From Gemmatimonadota bacterium (lineage in GTDB: Bacteria > Gemmatimonadota > Gemmatimonadetes > Gemmatimonadales > GWC2-71-9), in contig QHTZ01000081.1 in the NCBI GenBank assembly GCA_003221005.1, forward strand, positions 19,725-83,724: a DNA stretch of 64,000 bases, written 5' to 3'. The stretch's first letter is position 1, and each line of letters begins with the position of its first letter. The notes under the pieces were generated by a model that worked only from the letters and a program-made list of their open reading frames with translations, ran no database searches and had not been told where the DNA came from. Position numbers and translations under genes: made by a program. Positions 9,872 through 22,275 of this stretch are shown piece by piece.

Positions 9872-11241
9872 GGCGGGCGGGGCTCTCCCGCCGCCAGCCG
9901 CTCGATCGCCTCGGTCGTGCGCGGCGCCCTCCCGGACAGCCATTCCCCGCCCCCCGGCGTGACCAGCACGTCGTCCTCGATGCGCACCCCGAGGCTCTCC
10001 GCTGGCAGATAGATCCCCGGCTCCAGCGTGAGCACCGTCCCCGGCGCGAGCGGCGTACGGTAGTCCCCCGGGTCGTGCACGTTCATGCCCAGCCAGTGGC
10101 TCACCGCGTGGATCATGGTTTGGTCGCACATCTGCCGGCCGCACAGCTTCCCCGAATGGGCGCGCATGTACGCGCGGGCGATCCGGTCCAGGTCGCTCAC
10201 CAGCACGCCCGGGCGCACCGAGTCGAACGTGGCGCGCTGCGTCGCGAGCACGAGGTCGTAGATCGCCTTCTGCCGCGGCGTGAACCGGCCGCTCACCGGG
10301 AAGGTGCGGGTGACGTCGGCCGTGTACTGGCCCCACTCCGCGCCCGCGTCGATCACCACGAGCTCGCCGTCCTTGACCTGACGCCGGTTGGCGTCGTAGT
10401 GCAGGATCGCGGCGTTGGGGCCGCTGCCCACGAACGAGGGATAGCCGACCCGATCCGCGCCTTGCGCCCGGAAGGTCCCTTCGACCACCGCTTCGAGCTG
10501 ATACTCCCACATCCCCGGGCGGACCGCCTGGATCGCGGCGATGTGCCCCAAGACGGTGATGCCGATGGCGGTACGCATGCGACGCAGCTCGTCTGCGTCC
10601 TTGATCAACCGCAGCGAGTCGACGAGCGGGCCGGCGTCGTGGATCGCCTGTCCGGGGAGCGCGAGCTCCACGGCGCGCCGCGCGTCTGCTGGCGCGTCCG
10701 CGAGCGGCACGTACACGTCCCCCGCGACGCGGCTCCTGGCCACGCCGAGGTACGCGGCCAGCGAATCGACGGGGACGACGCGGGGGACACCGGACAGCCG
10801 CGCGACGGCATCAGGCCCGAGCTGGATCCCGGTCCACCGCTCCTCGACGGTGTCACGTCTCGGCAGGAACAGGGTGGCGGGGGCCGAGTCCGGCGCGACC
10901 GCGAGCAGCAGCCACGCGTCTCTCGCCTCGAGCTCCGTGAAATAGAAGAAGGTGTCCGACTGCCGGAAGTCGTTGTCCTGGGCATGGTCGCGTTCCAGCG
11001 AGCGCTCGTGCGCGGCGGGGATGAGCACGAGCCCGCGGCCGATGCGCCGCGCCAGCGCGCGCCGCCGCGCGGCGACGGCGGCGGTGTCGACGGGACGGCC
11101 CATGCCGGGGAGCTCGGGGACCGCCGTCCAGCGCCCGAGCGGCGCTGCCGGGACGGCGAGTGGGACGACGGCCTGAGCGGGACTCACCTGCGCGGCGAGC
11201 GCGCCGGCGCAACCGAGCAGCACGAGCGTGCCGTAACGCAT
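9868..11241 (-). CDS. pepP: Xaa-Pro aminopeptidase (M24B) with signal peptide
   Basis: 457 aa. HYDANRRQVKDGELVVIDAGAEWGQYTADVTRTFPVSG, HWLGMNVHD, LEPGIYLP and GVRIEDDVLVT. Confidence 0.85.
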   Translation of the reverse strand: MRYGTLVLLGCAGALAAQVSPAQAVVPLAVPAAPLGRWTAVPELPGMGRPVDTAAVAARRRALARRIGRGLVLIPAAHERSLERDHAQDNDFRQSDTFFYFTELEARDAWLLLAVAPDSAPATLFLPRRDTVEERWTGIQLGPDAVARLSGVPRVVPVDSLAAYLGVARSRVAGDVYVPLADAPADARRAVELALPGQAIHDAGPLVDSLRLIKDADELRRMRTAIGITVLGHIAAIQAVRPGMWEYQLEAVVEGTFRAQGADRVGYPSFVGSGPNAAILHYDANRRQVKDGELVVIDAGAEWGQYTADVTRTFPVSGRFTPRQKAIYDLVLATQRATFDSVRPGVLVSDLDRIARAYMRAHSGKLCGRQMCDQTMIHAVSHWLGMNVHDPGDYRTPLAPGTVLTLEPGIYLPAESLGVRIEDDVLVTPGGGEWLSGRAPRTTEAIERLAAGEPRPP

Positions 11242-11317
11242 CGCGTCCGAAGCTACTCCGCCTCGGGGAACGCGGCAACGGCTTGACGGGTCGTCCGATG
11301 CGAGCGCAAACTACGCC

Positions 11318-14106
<2,789 letters not shown>

Positions 14107-14119
14107 GTTGGCGTCCGAT

Positions 14120-14677
14120 ATGACCGCCCACTTCGGCGCCGCGACCGACGGCCTGACGATCGGTCGCGGCGCGCTGCGACAGCTGCACGAGAGCCTACTC
14201 CGCGACGCCGCCGACCACGCCGTCAACATCCTCCAGGAAGCAGGCTTCGCAGCCGGCGCAGGCGTCTACCAGGCGTTCCGCACCTGGCTCCCCGGGGAGA
14301 CGGGCGTGGCCGAACCACAGGACCTGGAAGCTGCCCGGCTAAACGACGTCCTCTCGGCCTTCTTCCAGGCGATCGGGTGGGGCTCGGTGAGGGTGGGTCC
14401 CCTGGGCGCGGCCGCGCTGGCGATCGACTCGAGCGATTGGGCGGAAGCGGAGCCCGGTACGGCGGAGACGCCGATGTGCTTCTTCTCGTCCGGGATGTTC
14501 GCCGACTTCCTCGGCCGTCTCTCGGGAGAGACGGTCGCCGTGATGGAAGTGGAGTGCCGCAGCCGGCACGACCCCCGCTGCCGCTTCCTCTCGGGAGCAC
14601 CGGACACCCTCAACGTGGTCTACGACCAGATGACCCAGGGAAGGAGCTACGTCGAGGCGCTGGGAGGAGGGACGTAA
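14120..14677 (+). CDS. V4R-like (hydrocarbon-binding fold) domain protein
   Basis: ATG at 14120 inside track ORF 14066..14677. PMCFFSSGMFADFLGRLSGETVAVMEVECRSRHDPRCRF resembles the V4R Cys-containing C-terminal pattern. Confidence 0.5.
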   Translation: MTAHFGAATDGLTIGRGALRQLHESLLRDAADHAVNILQEAGFAAGAGVYQAFRTWLPGETGVAEPQDLEAARLNDVLSAFFQAIGWGSVRVGPLGAAALAIDSSDWAEAEPGTAETPMCFFSSGMFADFLGRLSGETVAVMEVECRSRHDPRCRFLSGAPDTLNVVYDQMTQGRSYVEALGGGT

Positions 14678-15798
14678 CCGCGCCGCGCAAGGTGCGCCAG
14701 CGTAGCCCCGATCACGAGACCCACCACGTAGCCGTACGGCAGGAAAGCGGCGCACACGGCGACCAGCGCGGCGATGAAGAAGTCCGACCGCTCGCCGGCG
14801 AGGTCGCGCACCAGCACGACCAGGGCGATCCCCTCGAACAGCAGCAGGACGCCGAGCATCGGGAGCGGGAACACCGTGACTAGGCGCGCGAACCCGCCGC
14901 TGAAGAACAACCCCAGCGCGATGAACATCGCGCCATAGATCACCACGGATCCCCCGGTGCGCCCGCCGAACGCGTAGTGGCCCGCGAACCCACCCGAGCC
15001 GTGGCACACCGGCACTCCACTAAGGAACGAGCTCGCCAGATTCATCGCGCCGTAGGTCAAGCCGACCTTGCGGACCGAGAGGCGGACGTCGGGAAACAGG
15101 TCCCGGGCGATTTGATGCGTGGCGAGGATCGAGTTGCCCAGAGAGAGGGGCAATTGCGGAAGCGCCAGCACGATGAACCCGGTGACGACGTCCGCGAGCG
15201 TGGGCACGTGGAGCCGCGGCAGCTGGAAGCCGGCGCTCCGGATCACCTCTGAGACCGGCAGCTTGAGCGCGAAAGCGTAAATCAGCCCGAGCGCCACGAC
15301 CGGCAGCGCGGCCGGGAGCCGCCGGTTCCCGATGAGGGCGACCGTGATGACAAAAGCGACCGCGGCGAGAACGTACCCGGGGGCGTGGTCGGCGCCGACG
15401 TACTCGCGCAGGGCGAGCGACGCCAGCTGCAGTCCCAGACCGAGCTGAATCCCGCGCACCACGCTCTTGGGGATCGCCCACGCGAGCCAGTCGATCAATC
15501 CGAACGCCGTGATCAGCAGCATCGCGACGCCGATGGCGAGGCCCGCGCCGTAGATGATGTCGGCGGCGATGTGCTGCGTAATCACGAGCGCCGCGACCGC
15601 CTTGAGTGGCTGGACCGGCATCGGGAGGCGGTATGCCAGCCCCGTGAGGAGCTGCATGGCGCCGTAGGCGACGAGGACGCTGGCCGCGTCGAGATGCGCG
15701 GCGAGCACCATGCCTACGATGAGCGGCAGGTCCGTGCCCAGGTCCCCGAACGCTCCCGCGAGCTCGTTGCGGTCGAAGCGGACGGCGGGAGGACTCAT
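14647..15798 (-). CDS. putative sulfate/molybdate transporter (MOT1/SulP-like)
   Basis: 383 aa polytopic. N-terminal ELAGAFGDLGTDLPLIVGM motif. ATGA overlap with the pmbA stop. Confidence 0.7.
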   Translation of the reverse strand: MSPPAVRFDRNELAGAFGDLGTDLPLIVGMVLAAHLDAASVLVAYGAMQLLTGLAYRLPMPVQPLKAVAALVITQHIAADIIYGAGLAIGVAMLLITAFGLIDWLAWAIPKSVVRGIQLGLGLQLASLALREYVGADHAPGYVLAAVAFVITVALIGNRRLPAALPVVALGLIYAFALKLPVSEVIRSAGFQLPRLHVPTLADVVTGFIVLALPQLPLSLGNSILATHQIARDLFPDVRLSVRKVGLTYGAMNLASSFLSGVPVCHGSGGFAGHYAFGGRTGGSVVIYGAMFIALGLFFSGGFARLVTVFPLPMLGVLLLFEGIALVVLVRDLAGERSDFFIAALVAVCAAFLPYGYVVGLVIGATLAHLARRGYVPPPSAST

Positions 15799-17159
15799 GG
15801 CGCGGCACGCCGCGTGACGCTCACTCCCTCGAGCAGCACCGACGGCGTGTTGCGCGCGCCGTACCAGCGGCGGTCGCTCCCGAACCCGGCGATGCGCTGC
15901 AACAGGTCGTAGCTGTTGCCCGCGACGGCCGCGTCCTTCACGCGACCGACGATCTCACCGCGCCTGATGCGATACGCGAGCGCCACCGGATGGCTGAACG
16001 CCCCGCCGCTCACGTTCCCCTGCCCTACCCCGATGAGGTCGTCGACCAGAAGACCGTCGGCGATGTCGCCGAGCAAACCGCCACCCAACTGTAGGGGCAC
16101 GGCATGCCATGCCCCTACGGAATACCCGTCCCCCTTCCCCCGTCCCTCGTCCCCTATGATGAGGTTGGTATATCCGACGACAGGCTTCGAAAAAATGGCG
16201 CGCTGCCCGTGCCCCGTGCTCATCGTCCCGGCACGGGCCGCGGTCTCGAGATCATAGATGAACCCCTGCACGACGCCACGTTGCACGAGGCACGTGGCGC
16301 GCGACGGCACGCACTCGTCGTCCACGGGCCGTGACGACGCTCTGCCGGGAGCGAGCGCGTCGTCCGTGAGCGAGAACGCTGGATCGAACATCTGTTCGCC
16401 GACCTTCGCGGCGAGGGGCGAGATGCCCTGCAGCACGGCCTTGCCCGAGAGGGCCTGGGTGAGGGGCAGGAGCACCGCGGTAAGTCCGGCGGGCGTGAAT
16501 ATGACCGGGAGCGCGCCTTCGGGCGGGTCGGTGACCTTGAGGGCAAGATCGAGGCGCGTATTGACCGACTGTGCGATGCGAGCGACGTCGGCCGCGCTCG
16601 GGAGATCGGCGCCCTCGAACGCGTCGCCGAGCACGAGCACGTCGTCGCCCGCGACGCGCCACAGGTCGGCGCTCACCACGACGCCGGTCGATTGGTAGCT
16701 CGAGTCGGCGCCGGCCGAGTTCGCCACCCGCGTCTCGGCCAGCTCGCGCTCGACGCTGACGTTGACCTGGCACCCATCGCGCGCGAGCTGTGCGACGAGC
16801 CCGGCCCCGAGCTCGATGAGGGCATCGAGCGACGCGCCGGCTGCCGCAGCGAAGAACGTAGGGACGTGGGGGAGCGGGGTGCGCGACGGAAACGCGAGCG
16901 TCAGCTCCGCGCCCAGCTCGGCCGAGGCGAGCGCGCGGCTCACCAACTCGTCAGGCGCGGCAGCGACGGCGGTCGAGCCCGCCACGCCGACCCGCCCGCC
17001 GCTCACGACCCGCAGGTTGACGCCCGCCTCTTCCGTCACCCCCGCGGCCTTTAGGCGGCCGAATTCGAACGCGACGGACGTCCGCTCCGACCGGCGCCAC
17101 AGGGCGTCCGCGGTGCCCGCCCCGCGGCGCCGCGCCTGCTCGAGCAGCCGCTCGATCAC
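15795..17159 (-). CDS. pmbA: PmbA/TldE metalloprotease-family protein carrying an in-frame repeat insertion
   Basis: GTG at 17159 (GTGA overlap with the tldD stop) inside track ORF 15795..17447. TldE-like C-terminus GQGNVSGGAFSHPVALAYRIRRGEIVGRVKDAAVAGN. Confidence 0.85.
   Translation of the reverse strand: MIERLLEQARRRGAGTADALWRRSERTSVAFEFGRLKAAGVTEEAGVNLRVVSGGRVGVAGSTAVAAAPDELVSRALASAELGAELTLAFPSRTPLPHVPTFFAAAAGASLDALIELGAGLVAQLARDGCQVNVSVERELAETRVANSAGADSSYQSTGVVVSADLWRVAGDDVLVLGDAFEGADLPSAADVARIAQSVNTRLDLALKVTDPPEGALPVIFTPAGLTAVLLPLTQALSGKAVLQGISPLAAKVGEQMFDPAFSLTDDALAPGRASSRPVDDECVPSRATCLVQRGVVQGFIYDLETAARAGTMSTGHGQRAIFSKPVVGYTNLIIGDEGRGKGDGYSVGAWHAVPLQLGGGLLGDIADGLLVDDLIGVGQGNVSGGAFSHPVALAYRIRRGEIVGRVKDAAVAGNSYDLLQRIAGFGSDRRWYGARNTPSVLLEGVSVTRRAAP
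16091..16154 (-). repeat. G-arm plus hairpin repeat element inside the pmbA CDS
   Basis: Minus strand: GGGGACGAGGGACGGGGGAAGGGGGACGGGTA-ttcc-GTAGGGGCAtggcatgccgTGCCCCTAC. The 32-nt G-arm is 29/32 identical (hand count) to 28760-28791. Confidence 0.8.
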
Positions 17160-18541
17160 GCGGCGTCCGGGACGTCGCCCCCGACCAGCGCTTCCTCGAT
17201 CCGCACGTGGGGCGCGCCCTCGGTCACCGGCAGAGGGAACTGCCCGCCCTTGCCGCAACCCCCGCCCATCTCGTTCCAGCGGAAGTCGCCGGCGATGCGC
17301 TCGATGCGATCCAGGGTCTGGAACAGGTTGCCCGCGATCACCACGTCCTTCACGAGCTCCGCCACCTGGCCGTCGCGGATCATGTGCCCATAGGCGGCGG
17401 TGAAGGAGAAGTTCTCGAGCAGCGTCTGGCCGCCGAAGGCGCTGCACGCGTAGACGCCGAGCGGGATGTCCTTGATCAGGTCGGCGAAGCTGCCGCGCCC
17501 GTTCGCGATGTAGGTGTTGGTCATCCGGACGATGGGGGGATAGCGGAACGAGGTGGCGCGGGCGTTGCCGGTGGGGTGCTCCCCCAGCGCCGCCGCCGTC
17601 TCACGCGAATGCAGCCGGCCGACGAGCACCCCTGCGCGGATCAACGGCGTGTCCTGTGTGGGCGTGCCCTCGTCGTCGAACGGCAGGGTGCCCCGCAGCC
17701 CGGCCGCGGCCCCGTTGTCCCCCACGTTGAGGAGCGGTTTCCCGAAGCGGCGGCCGAGCGTCATCATCTCGCGCGCCTGGGGATTCTCGTAGATGAAGTC
17801 GGCCTCGGAGAGATGGCCGAATGCTTCATGGATGAACACGCCGGCGAGCTCGGGGTCGAGCACGACCGGGTAGGTGCCGCCCTTCACCCGCGGCGCGTCC
17901 AGCAGCGCCACGGCGCGCTCCGCGGCCCGGCGGAATCCCGCCGCGCGGTCCTGCACGCTGCGCCAGCCGCGCCGCAGGCCGAACGACTCGAGACCTTTCT
18001 CGATGATCCCATCGCGCCGCGCCACGGCGCTCCCCGACACCGTCACCTCGGGACGGAGCTCGTGCAGCACGGTCCCCTCCGAGTTGACGTACCAGTACTC
18101 CGTCACTGCGTCGTGGTAGCTGGCCACGGTATCCACGACGCGGTCGCTGACGGCGAGCATTTCGCTGTTGTAGGCCTCGATCAACCGCTTCTTCTCGGCG
18201 AGGGGGACGCCGCGCACGTCGCCGTCCAGGTCGAGGACAGCGTCGGCCTGGTGCGGCGGAACCTCGGCGAGGCGGATCGGGCGCTCCAGGCGCACGGCCC
18301 GGGAAAGCTCACCCGCCCGCGCGACCATCGCAGGGAGCTGGTCGAGCGAGGTGAACGCCGCGACGCCCCAGCCGCAGCCGCGATGCAGCGTGCGCACGAA
18401 ACCGCCCTGGTCCTCGCTCGCGGTGGCCGCTTCGAGCCGCCGCCCCCGGAAGGAGACGGCCGAGGTCCAGGTGCGTTCGAGGCGGATTTCGGTGAAGTCG
18501 GCGCGCGACGCGGCCAGCGCGTCGGTGAGGCGGTCCTTCAC
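17156..18541 (-). CDS. tldD: TldD metalloprotease
   Basis: GTG at 18541 (GTGA overlap with the upstream stop). VFIHEAFGHLSEADF zinc motif, GNARATSFRYPPIVRMTNTYI, GGCGKGGQ. Confidence 0.9.
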   Translation of the reverse strand: MKDRLTDALAASRADFTEIRLERTWTSAVSFRGRRLEAATASEDQGGFVRTLHRGCGWGVAAFTSLDQLPAMVARAGELSRAVRLERPIRLAEVPPHQADAVLDLDGDVRGVPLAEKKRLIEAYNSEMLAVSDRVVDTVASYHDAVTEYWYVNSEGTVLHELRPEVTVSGSAVARRDGIIEKGLESFGLRRGWRSVQDRAAGFRRAAERAVALLDAPRVKGGTYPVVLDPELAGVFIHEAFGHLSEADFIYENPQAREMMTLGRRFGKPLLNVGDNGAAAGLRGTLPFDDEGTPTQDTPLIRAGVLVGRLHSRETAAALGEHPTGNARATSFRYPPIVRMTNTYIANGRGSFADLIKDIPLGVYACSAFGGQTLLENFSFTAAYGHMIRDGQVAELVKDVVIAGNLFQTLDRIERIAGDFRWNEMGGGCGKGGQFPLPVTEGAPHVRIEEALVGGDVPDAA

Positions 18542-19095
18542 TCCGCCAGTTCCCTCAGCTTCTCCGCGTAGTCGGGACGCATGACGATCTCTCCGCCGAC
18601 GATGATCTCGCGGTCCCAGGGGAGGATGATGAAGTTTTCGGTCTCGAGGGCGTAGAAGTCCGGCTTGTAGTCGCCGGTCCGGAACGACACGGCGGTTTTC
18701 ACGGCCGCGGGCTTCAGGTCCCGCACCGCGGCGAGCGCGAGCTTCATGGTGTCGCCCGTGTCGCAGGTCTCGTCCACGATGAGCACTCGCTTGCCGGTGA
18801 CGATCCGCGGCGGCCCGGCGATGACAGTGGGGCGGGCGCCGCTCGCCTCGCGCGTGATCGCGATCGACGCGAAGTCGCGCTGCAGGATGCTCGCCACCAC
18901 GGCGCCCGGAATCACGCCCGCCTTGGCGATCCCGACCACCAGTTCCGGGTCGTACTCGCGGAAGATCCGGAGCGCGAGCGCCCGGCACAGCTCGCCGAAG
19001 AAGGGCCAATCGACCTGGAGCACGCCGTGCGGCGGCAGGCGGCCGCCGCGGGTGGTGGGCGTGGTCGGCACCGTGGGTCTGCGGGTGGGAGGCAT
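18538..19095 (-). CDS. phosphoribosyltransferase (purine PRT-like)
   Basis: 185 aa. PRPP-binding loop RVLIVDETCDTGDTM. IAKAGVIPG. Confidence 0.8.
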   Translation of the reverse strand: MPPTRRPTVPTTPTTRGGRLPPHGVLQVDWPFFGELCRALALRIFREYDPELVVGIAKAGVIPGAVVASILQRDFASIAITREASGARPTVIAGPPRIVTGKRVLIVDETCDTGDTMKLALAAVRDLKPAAVKTAVSFRTGDYKPDFYALETENFIILPWDREIIVGGEIVMRPDYAEKLRELAE

Positions 19096-19149
19096 AGGCT
19101 GGAAGAAGCTACATTGCTAAACGACGAGGCCGCAAGCTATTTTCGGCCC

Positions 19150-19605
19150 ATGGGTTTTTGGCGCCGACTGTTCGGCGGCTCGGGAGGCGAGGACCTCCAA
19201 CCGCAGCGCCTGGATTACCTCAACGAGGCGCTCGCGCTCGAGCGGCAGGGCGACTACGACGCCGCCCTCACCTCGTATCGCCTCGCACTCCGCGATCATC
19301 CCAACGACGCCCGCATCCTCCAGAACATGGCGATCGCGCTCACCAAGACGCGACGCGTGGACGAAGCGATCCGCCATTACCGGAGGGCGCTGGAGCTCGA
19401 CAGCACACTCGCCGGCGCGCACTACGGGTTGGCGTTTCTGTTGCTCAAGCGCGGCGACCCCGACGGCGCGGAGCGACATCTCAAGGCGTTTCTCGCACAT
19501 CCACCCCGAGGTCCCGACGCCCAGCGGTGGATCGAGCACGCCACGCAGGCGCTGCGCGACCTAGGCGCCAGCCCGCCGCAGGCGATCTCGGCCGAGGCGC
19601 CCTGA
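19150..19605 (+). CDS. TPR repeat protein
   Basis: ATG at 19150 inside track ORF 19027..19605. Repeated A..Y..AL...P motifs (ALTSYRLALRDHPNDA, AIRHYRRALELDSTLAGAHYGLAF). Confidence 0.7.
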   Translation: MGFWRRLFGGSGGEDLQPQRLDYLNEALALERQGDYDAALTSYRLALRDHPNDARILQNMAIALTKTRRVDEAIRHYRRALELDSTLAGAHYGLAFLLLKRGDPDGAERHLKAFLAHPPRGPDAQRWIEHATQALRDLGASPPQAISAEAP

Positions 19606-19909
19606 GCCACCGACGACCGATCGGCGCGTTCCTGCTTGCCGTCACGGCCGTCGTGGGGGGAGGGGGAGGGGGAGGGTGTGGAAAGCTCGCACCGGATTTT
19701 AATCAGGTGATCGCACTCGAAGTGACGGTGGCGGACAGGGTCGCGGTGGACGACACGCTGCGCGCCCACGCGATCGCGCGCACCGCGCGCGGTGACTCGG
19801 TGAGCGCGACCATCTCCTGGGCCAGCCTGGCGCCAGGATCCAGGCGCGCACCGGCGATCTGCGCACCAACGCGATCTCGATCACCGTCTACACGCCGACC
19901 CCACCGTGA
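19602..19909 (+). pseudogene. small Big_2-like lipoprotein, frame-disrupted; start uncertain
   Basis: Frame 1: HRRPIGAFLLAVTAVVGGGGGGGCGK...VIALEVTVADRVAVDDTLRAHAIARTARGDSVSATISWASL. Another frame continues ARIQARTGDLRTNAISITVYTPTPP* and ends in a GTGA overlap with the next gene. The switch lies near 19828-19836. Confidence 0.3.
19655..19676 (+). other. G-quadruplex-type G-tract run
   Basis: GGGGGG-A-GGGGG-A-GGGGG-A-GGG: four G-tracts with 1-nt loops. It encodes the poly-Gly before the lipobox Cys. Confidence 0.6.
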
Positions 19910-21723
19910 CGAAGGGAACGCTGGTCCGCCTGTTCTTCGACGCCGTGGAGCGGTTCGCCAGCCTCCCCGCCGCGCTGCGGCACAAGGTGGGAGGCCGCTG
20001 GGTGGCACTCACACACCGCGAGGTGGAGGAGCGCGTGCGCGCCGTTTCGCTCGGCCTGCGCGAGCTCGGGGTCCGCCCCGGCGACCGCGTGTCGATCCTC
20101 TCCGAGAATCGGCCGGAATGGGCGATCGCGGACTACGCCTGCCTCTGCGCCCGCGCCGCGGACGTGCCCATCTACCCCACGCTCCCCGCGAAACAGGTGG
20201 AGTACATCCTCCACGACTCGGGCGCGGTGCTGGTGTTCTGCTCGACGGCGACACAGCTCGCGAAGGTGCTCGAGGTCCGCGCCGACCTACCATCGCTGCG
20301 GCACGTCGTCGTGTTCGACGCGGCCGCGCGCCGCGATGGCACCATGACCTTCGCCGACCTCGAGGCGCTGGGACGCAACGCCGTCGCGAAATACCCGCAG
20401 TTCCGGGTCGAAGCGTTGGCCGTAGAGCCCGACCAGCTCGCTACCCTCATCTATACCTCAGGGACGACGGGCGACCCGAAGGGCGTAATGCTCTCCCACA
20501 ACAACCTGTGGTCCAACGTGCAGTGCTCCTTGCGGATGATCTCCGTGGGCGTGGGGGACGAGTGCCTCTCGATGCTGCCGCTGTCGCACGTGTTCGAGCG
20601 GATGGTGGACTACACCATGTTCAACGCCGGGGTAGTCATCAACTACGCTGAATCGTTCGAGCTGGTACGTCAGAATCTCCAAGAGGTCCGGCCGACGGTA
20701 GTGCTCTCGGTGCCGCGGTTCTACGAAAAGGTGTATGCCGCCGTGCTCGAGAACGCGCTCTCCGGGAGCGGGGTCAAGCGACGCATCTTCTTCTGGGCGA
20801 AGCGCGCAGGCGAAGACTGGGCGACCTACCGTCTGGCAGGGTTGCGGGTGCCCACGGGCCTCGCCCTGAAGCATGCGCTCGCGGACCGGCTCGTGTTCGC
20901 CAAGCTGCGGGCGCGCACCGGCGGCCGCCTCAAGCTGTTCTTCTCGGGGGGTGCACCGCTCAGCCCGGAGATCGCAAAGTTCTTCTTCAGCGCCCGCCTC
21001 CCCGTGGCGGAGGGGTACGGGCTCACCGAGACGTCTCCCGTGCTGACCATCAATCCGCCGGAGCGCATCAAGATCGGGACGGTCGGCAGGGCCATTCCCG
21101 AGGTGCAGATCAAGATCGCCTCCGACGGCGAGATCCTCGCCAAGGGCCCGGGGATCATGCAGGGCTACTACAACAAGCCCGACGCGACCCGCGAGGCGCT
21201 CGACGCCGACGGCTGGTTTCACACGGGGGACATCGGCGACCTCGACGCCGACGGCTACCTCAAGATCACGGACCGCAAGAAGGACCTGATCGTGACGGCG
21301 GGTGGCAAGAACATCGCGCCGCAACCGATCGAGAATCTGGTGAAGACCAGCAAGTTCGTCGCCAACGCCGTGATGCTGGGCGACAAGCGCAAGTTCCCGA
21401 TCATGCTCGTGGTCCCGAACTTCGAGACGCTGGAGCGGTGGGCGCGGGAGCGGCGCCTGGCGTTCGCGTCGCGGGCGCAATTGATCGCGCTGGCCGACGT
21501 GCAGGCCAAGGTGGAGCGGGAAGTCATGGGGGAGCTGCGCGATCTCGCGAAGTTCGAGATGCCCAAGCGCGTGCTGCTGCTCGAGCACGACTTCACGATC
21601 GAGTCGGGCGAGCTGACGCCCACGCTCAAGGTCAAGCGGCGCGTCGTGGAAAAGCGCTACAAGGATCTCGTGGACCGGACGTACGCCGAGGGTGACGCGA
21701 TCGCGGCTGCGCTGGAGGGGTGA
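19906..21723 (+). CDS. long-chain fatty-acid--CoA ligase (AMP-dependent synthetase)
   Basis: 605 aa, GTG start. YTSGTTGDPKGVMLSH, EGYGLTETSP and GWFHTGDIGDLDADGYLKITDRKKDLI. Confidence 0.9.
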   Translation: MTKGTLVRLFFDAVERFASLPAALRHKVGGRWVALTHREVEERVRAVSLGLRELGVRPGDRVSILSENRPEWAIADYACLCARAADVPIYPTLPAKQVEYILHDSGAVLVFCSTATQLAKVLEVRADLPSLRHVVVFDAAARRDGTMTFADLEALGRNAVAKYPQFRVEALAVEPDQLATLIYTSGTTGDPKGVMLSHNNLWSNVQCSLRMISVGVGDECLSMLPLSHVFERMVDYTMFNAGVVINYAESFELVRQNLQEVRPTVVLSVPRFYEKVYAAVLENALSGSGVKRRIFFWAKRAGEDWATYRLAGLRVPTGLALKHALADRLVFAKLRARTGGRLKLFFSGGAPLSPEIAKFFFSARLPVAEGYGLTETSPVLTINPPERIKIGTVGRAIPEVQIKIASDGEILAKGPGIMQGYYNKPDATREALDADGWFHTGDIGDLDADGYLKITDRKKDLIVTAGGKNIAPQPIENLVKTSKFVANAVMLGDKRKFPIMLVVPNFETLERWARERRLAFASRAQLIALADVQAKVEREVMGELRDLAKFEMPKRVLLLEHDFTIESGELTPTLKVKRRVVEKRYKDLVDRTYAEGDAIAAALEG

Positions 21724-21741
21724 ACAGAGACGATCGCTCGC

Positions 21742-22221
21742 CTAGCAGCCTTCTATCACCCCGCCGAAGCCACTGGCGCTTCCTGCAGGGCCTACCGCAT
21801 CGCCCGTGAATCCCCACGAAGATTCAGAGTGCCAGAACATCGAGTCCGGACGCCCGGCATAACCGACACCCTGGCCACCCGGGAAAGAAAGCCTGTACTG
21901 CACAGCGATCCGGTCGCTCGGCGCCTCGAAGTGCTCACACCTCACCTGGTTCGGGAGCACTGTGTCGGTTCTGAACCCTGGGCCCCACCACCCGAAGACG
22001 CCGCCGCTCGGCACGACCTCCGTGTGTTGGAGGACCGCGGTCTCTGGAGATAACCAGGTGATGATCGCGGTCCCAGGCTCTCGGTTATTGAAATGAGTTG
22101 AGAGATTGGTGTAGAAGACGGAGAGTTGCAGTGGAGCAAGCGAGTCCTTCGAGCACGCAGCCAAGGTCGCGGCGAGCGTCGCTCCGTAGAGGATCCGAAG
22201 CGGCGCGCTCGAGAGTCTCAT
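21742..22221 (-). CDS. lipoprotein, unknown function
   Basis: 159 aa. Signal plus lipobox LAATLAAC. Lies in a visibly lower-GC stretch. Confidence 0.5.
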   Translation of the reverse strand: MRLSSAPLRILYGATLAATLAACSKDSLAPLQLSVFYTNLSTHFNNREPGTAIITWLSPETAVLQHTEVVPSGGVFGWWGPGFRTDTVLPNQVRCEHFEAPSDRIAVQYRLSFPGGQGVGYAGRPDSMFWHSESSWGFTGDAVGPAGSASGFGGVIEGC

Positions 22222-22275
22222 GGTCCCTCCTCAGCCAACTGCATCACTACAGCGTCGCGGGCGTCGCCAGCGCAC

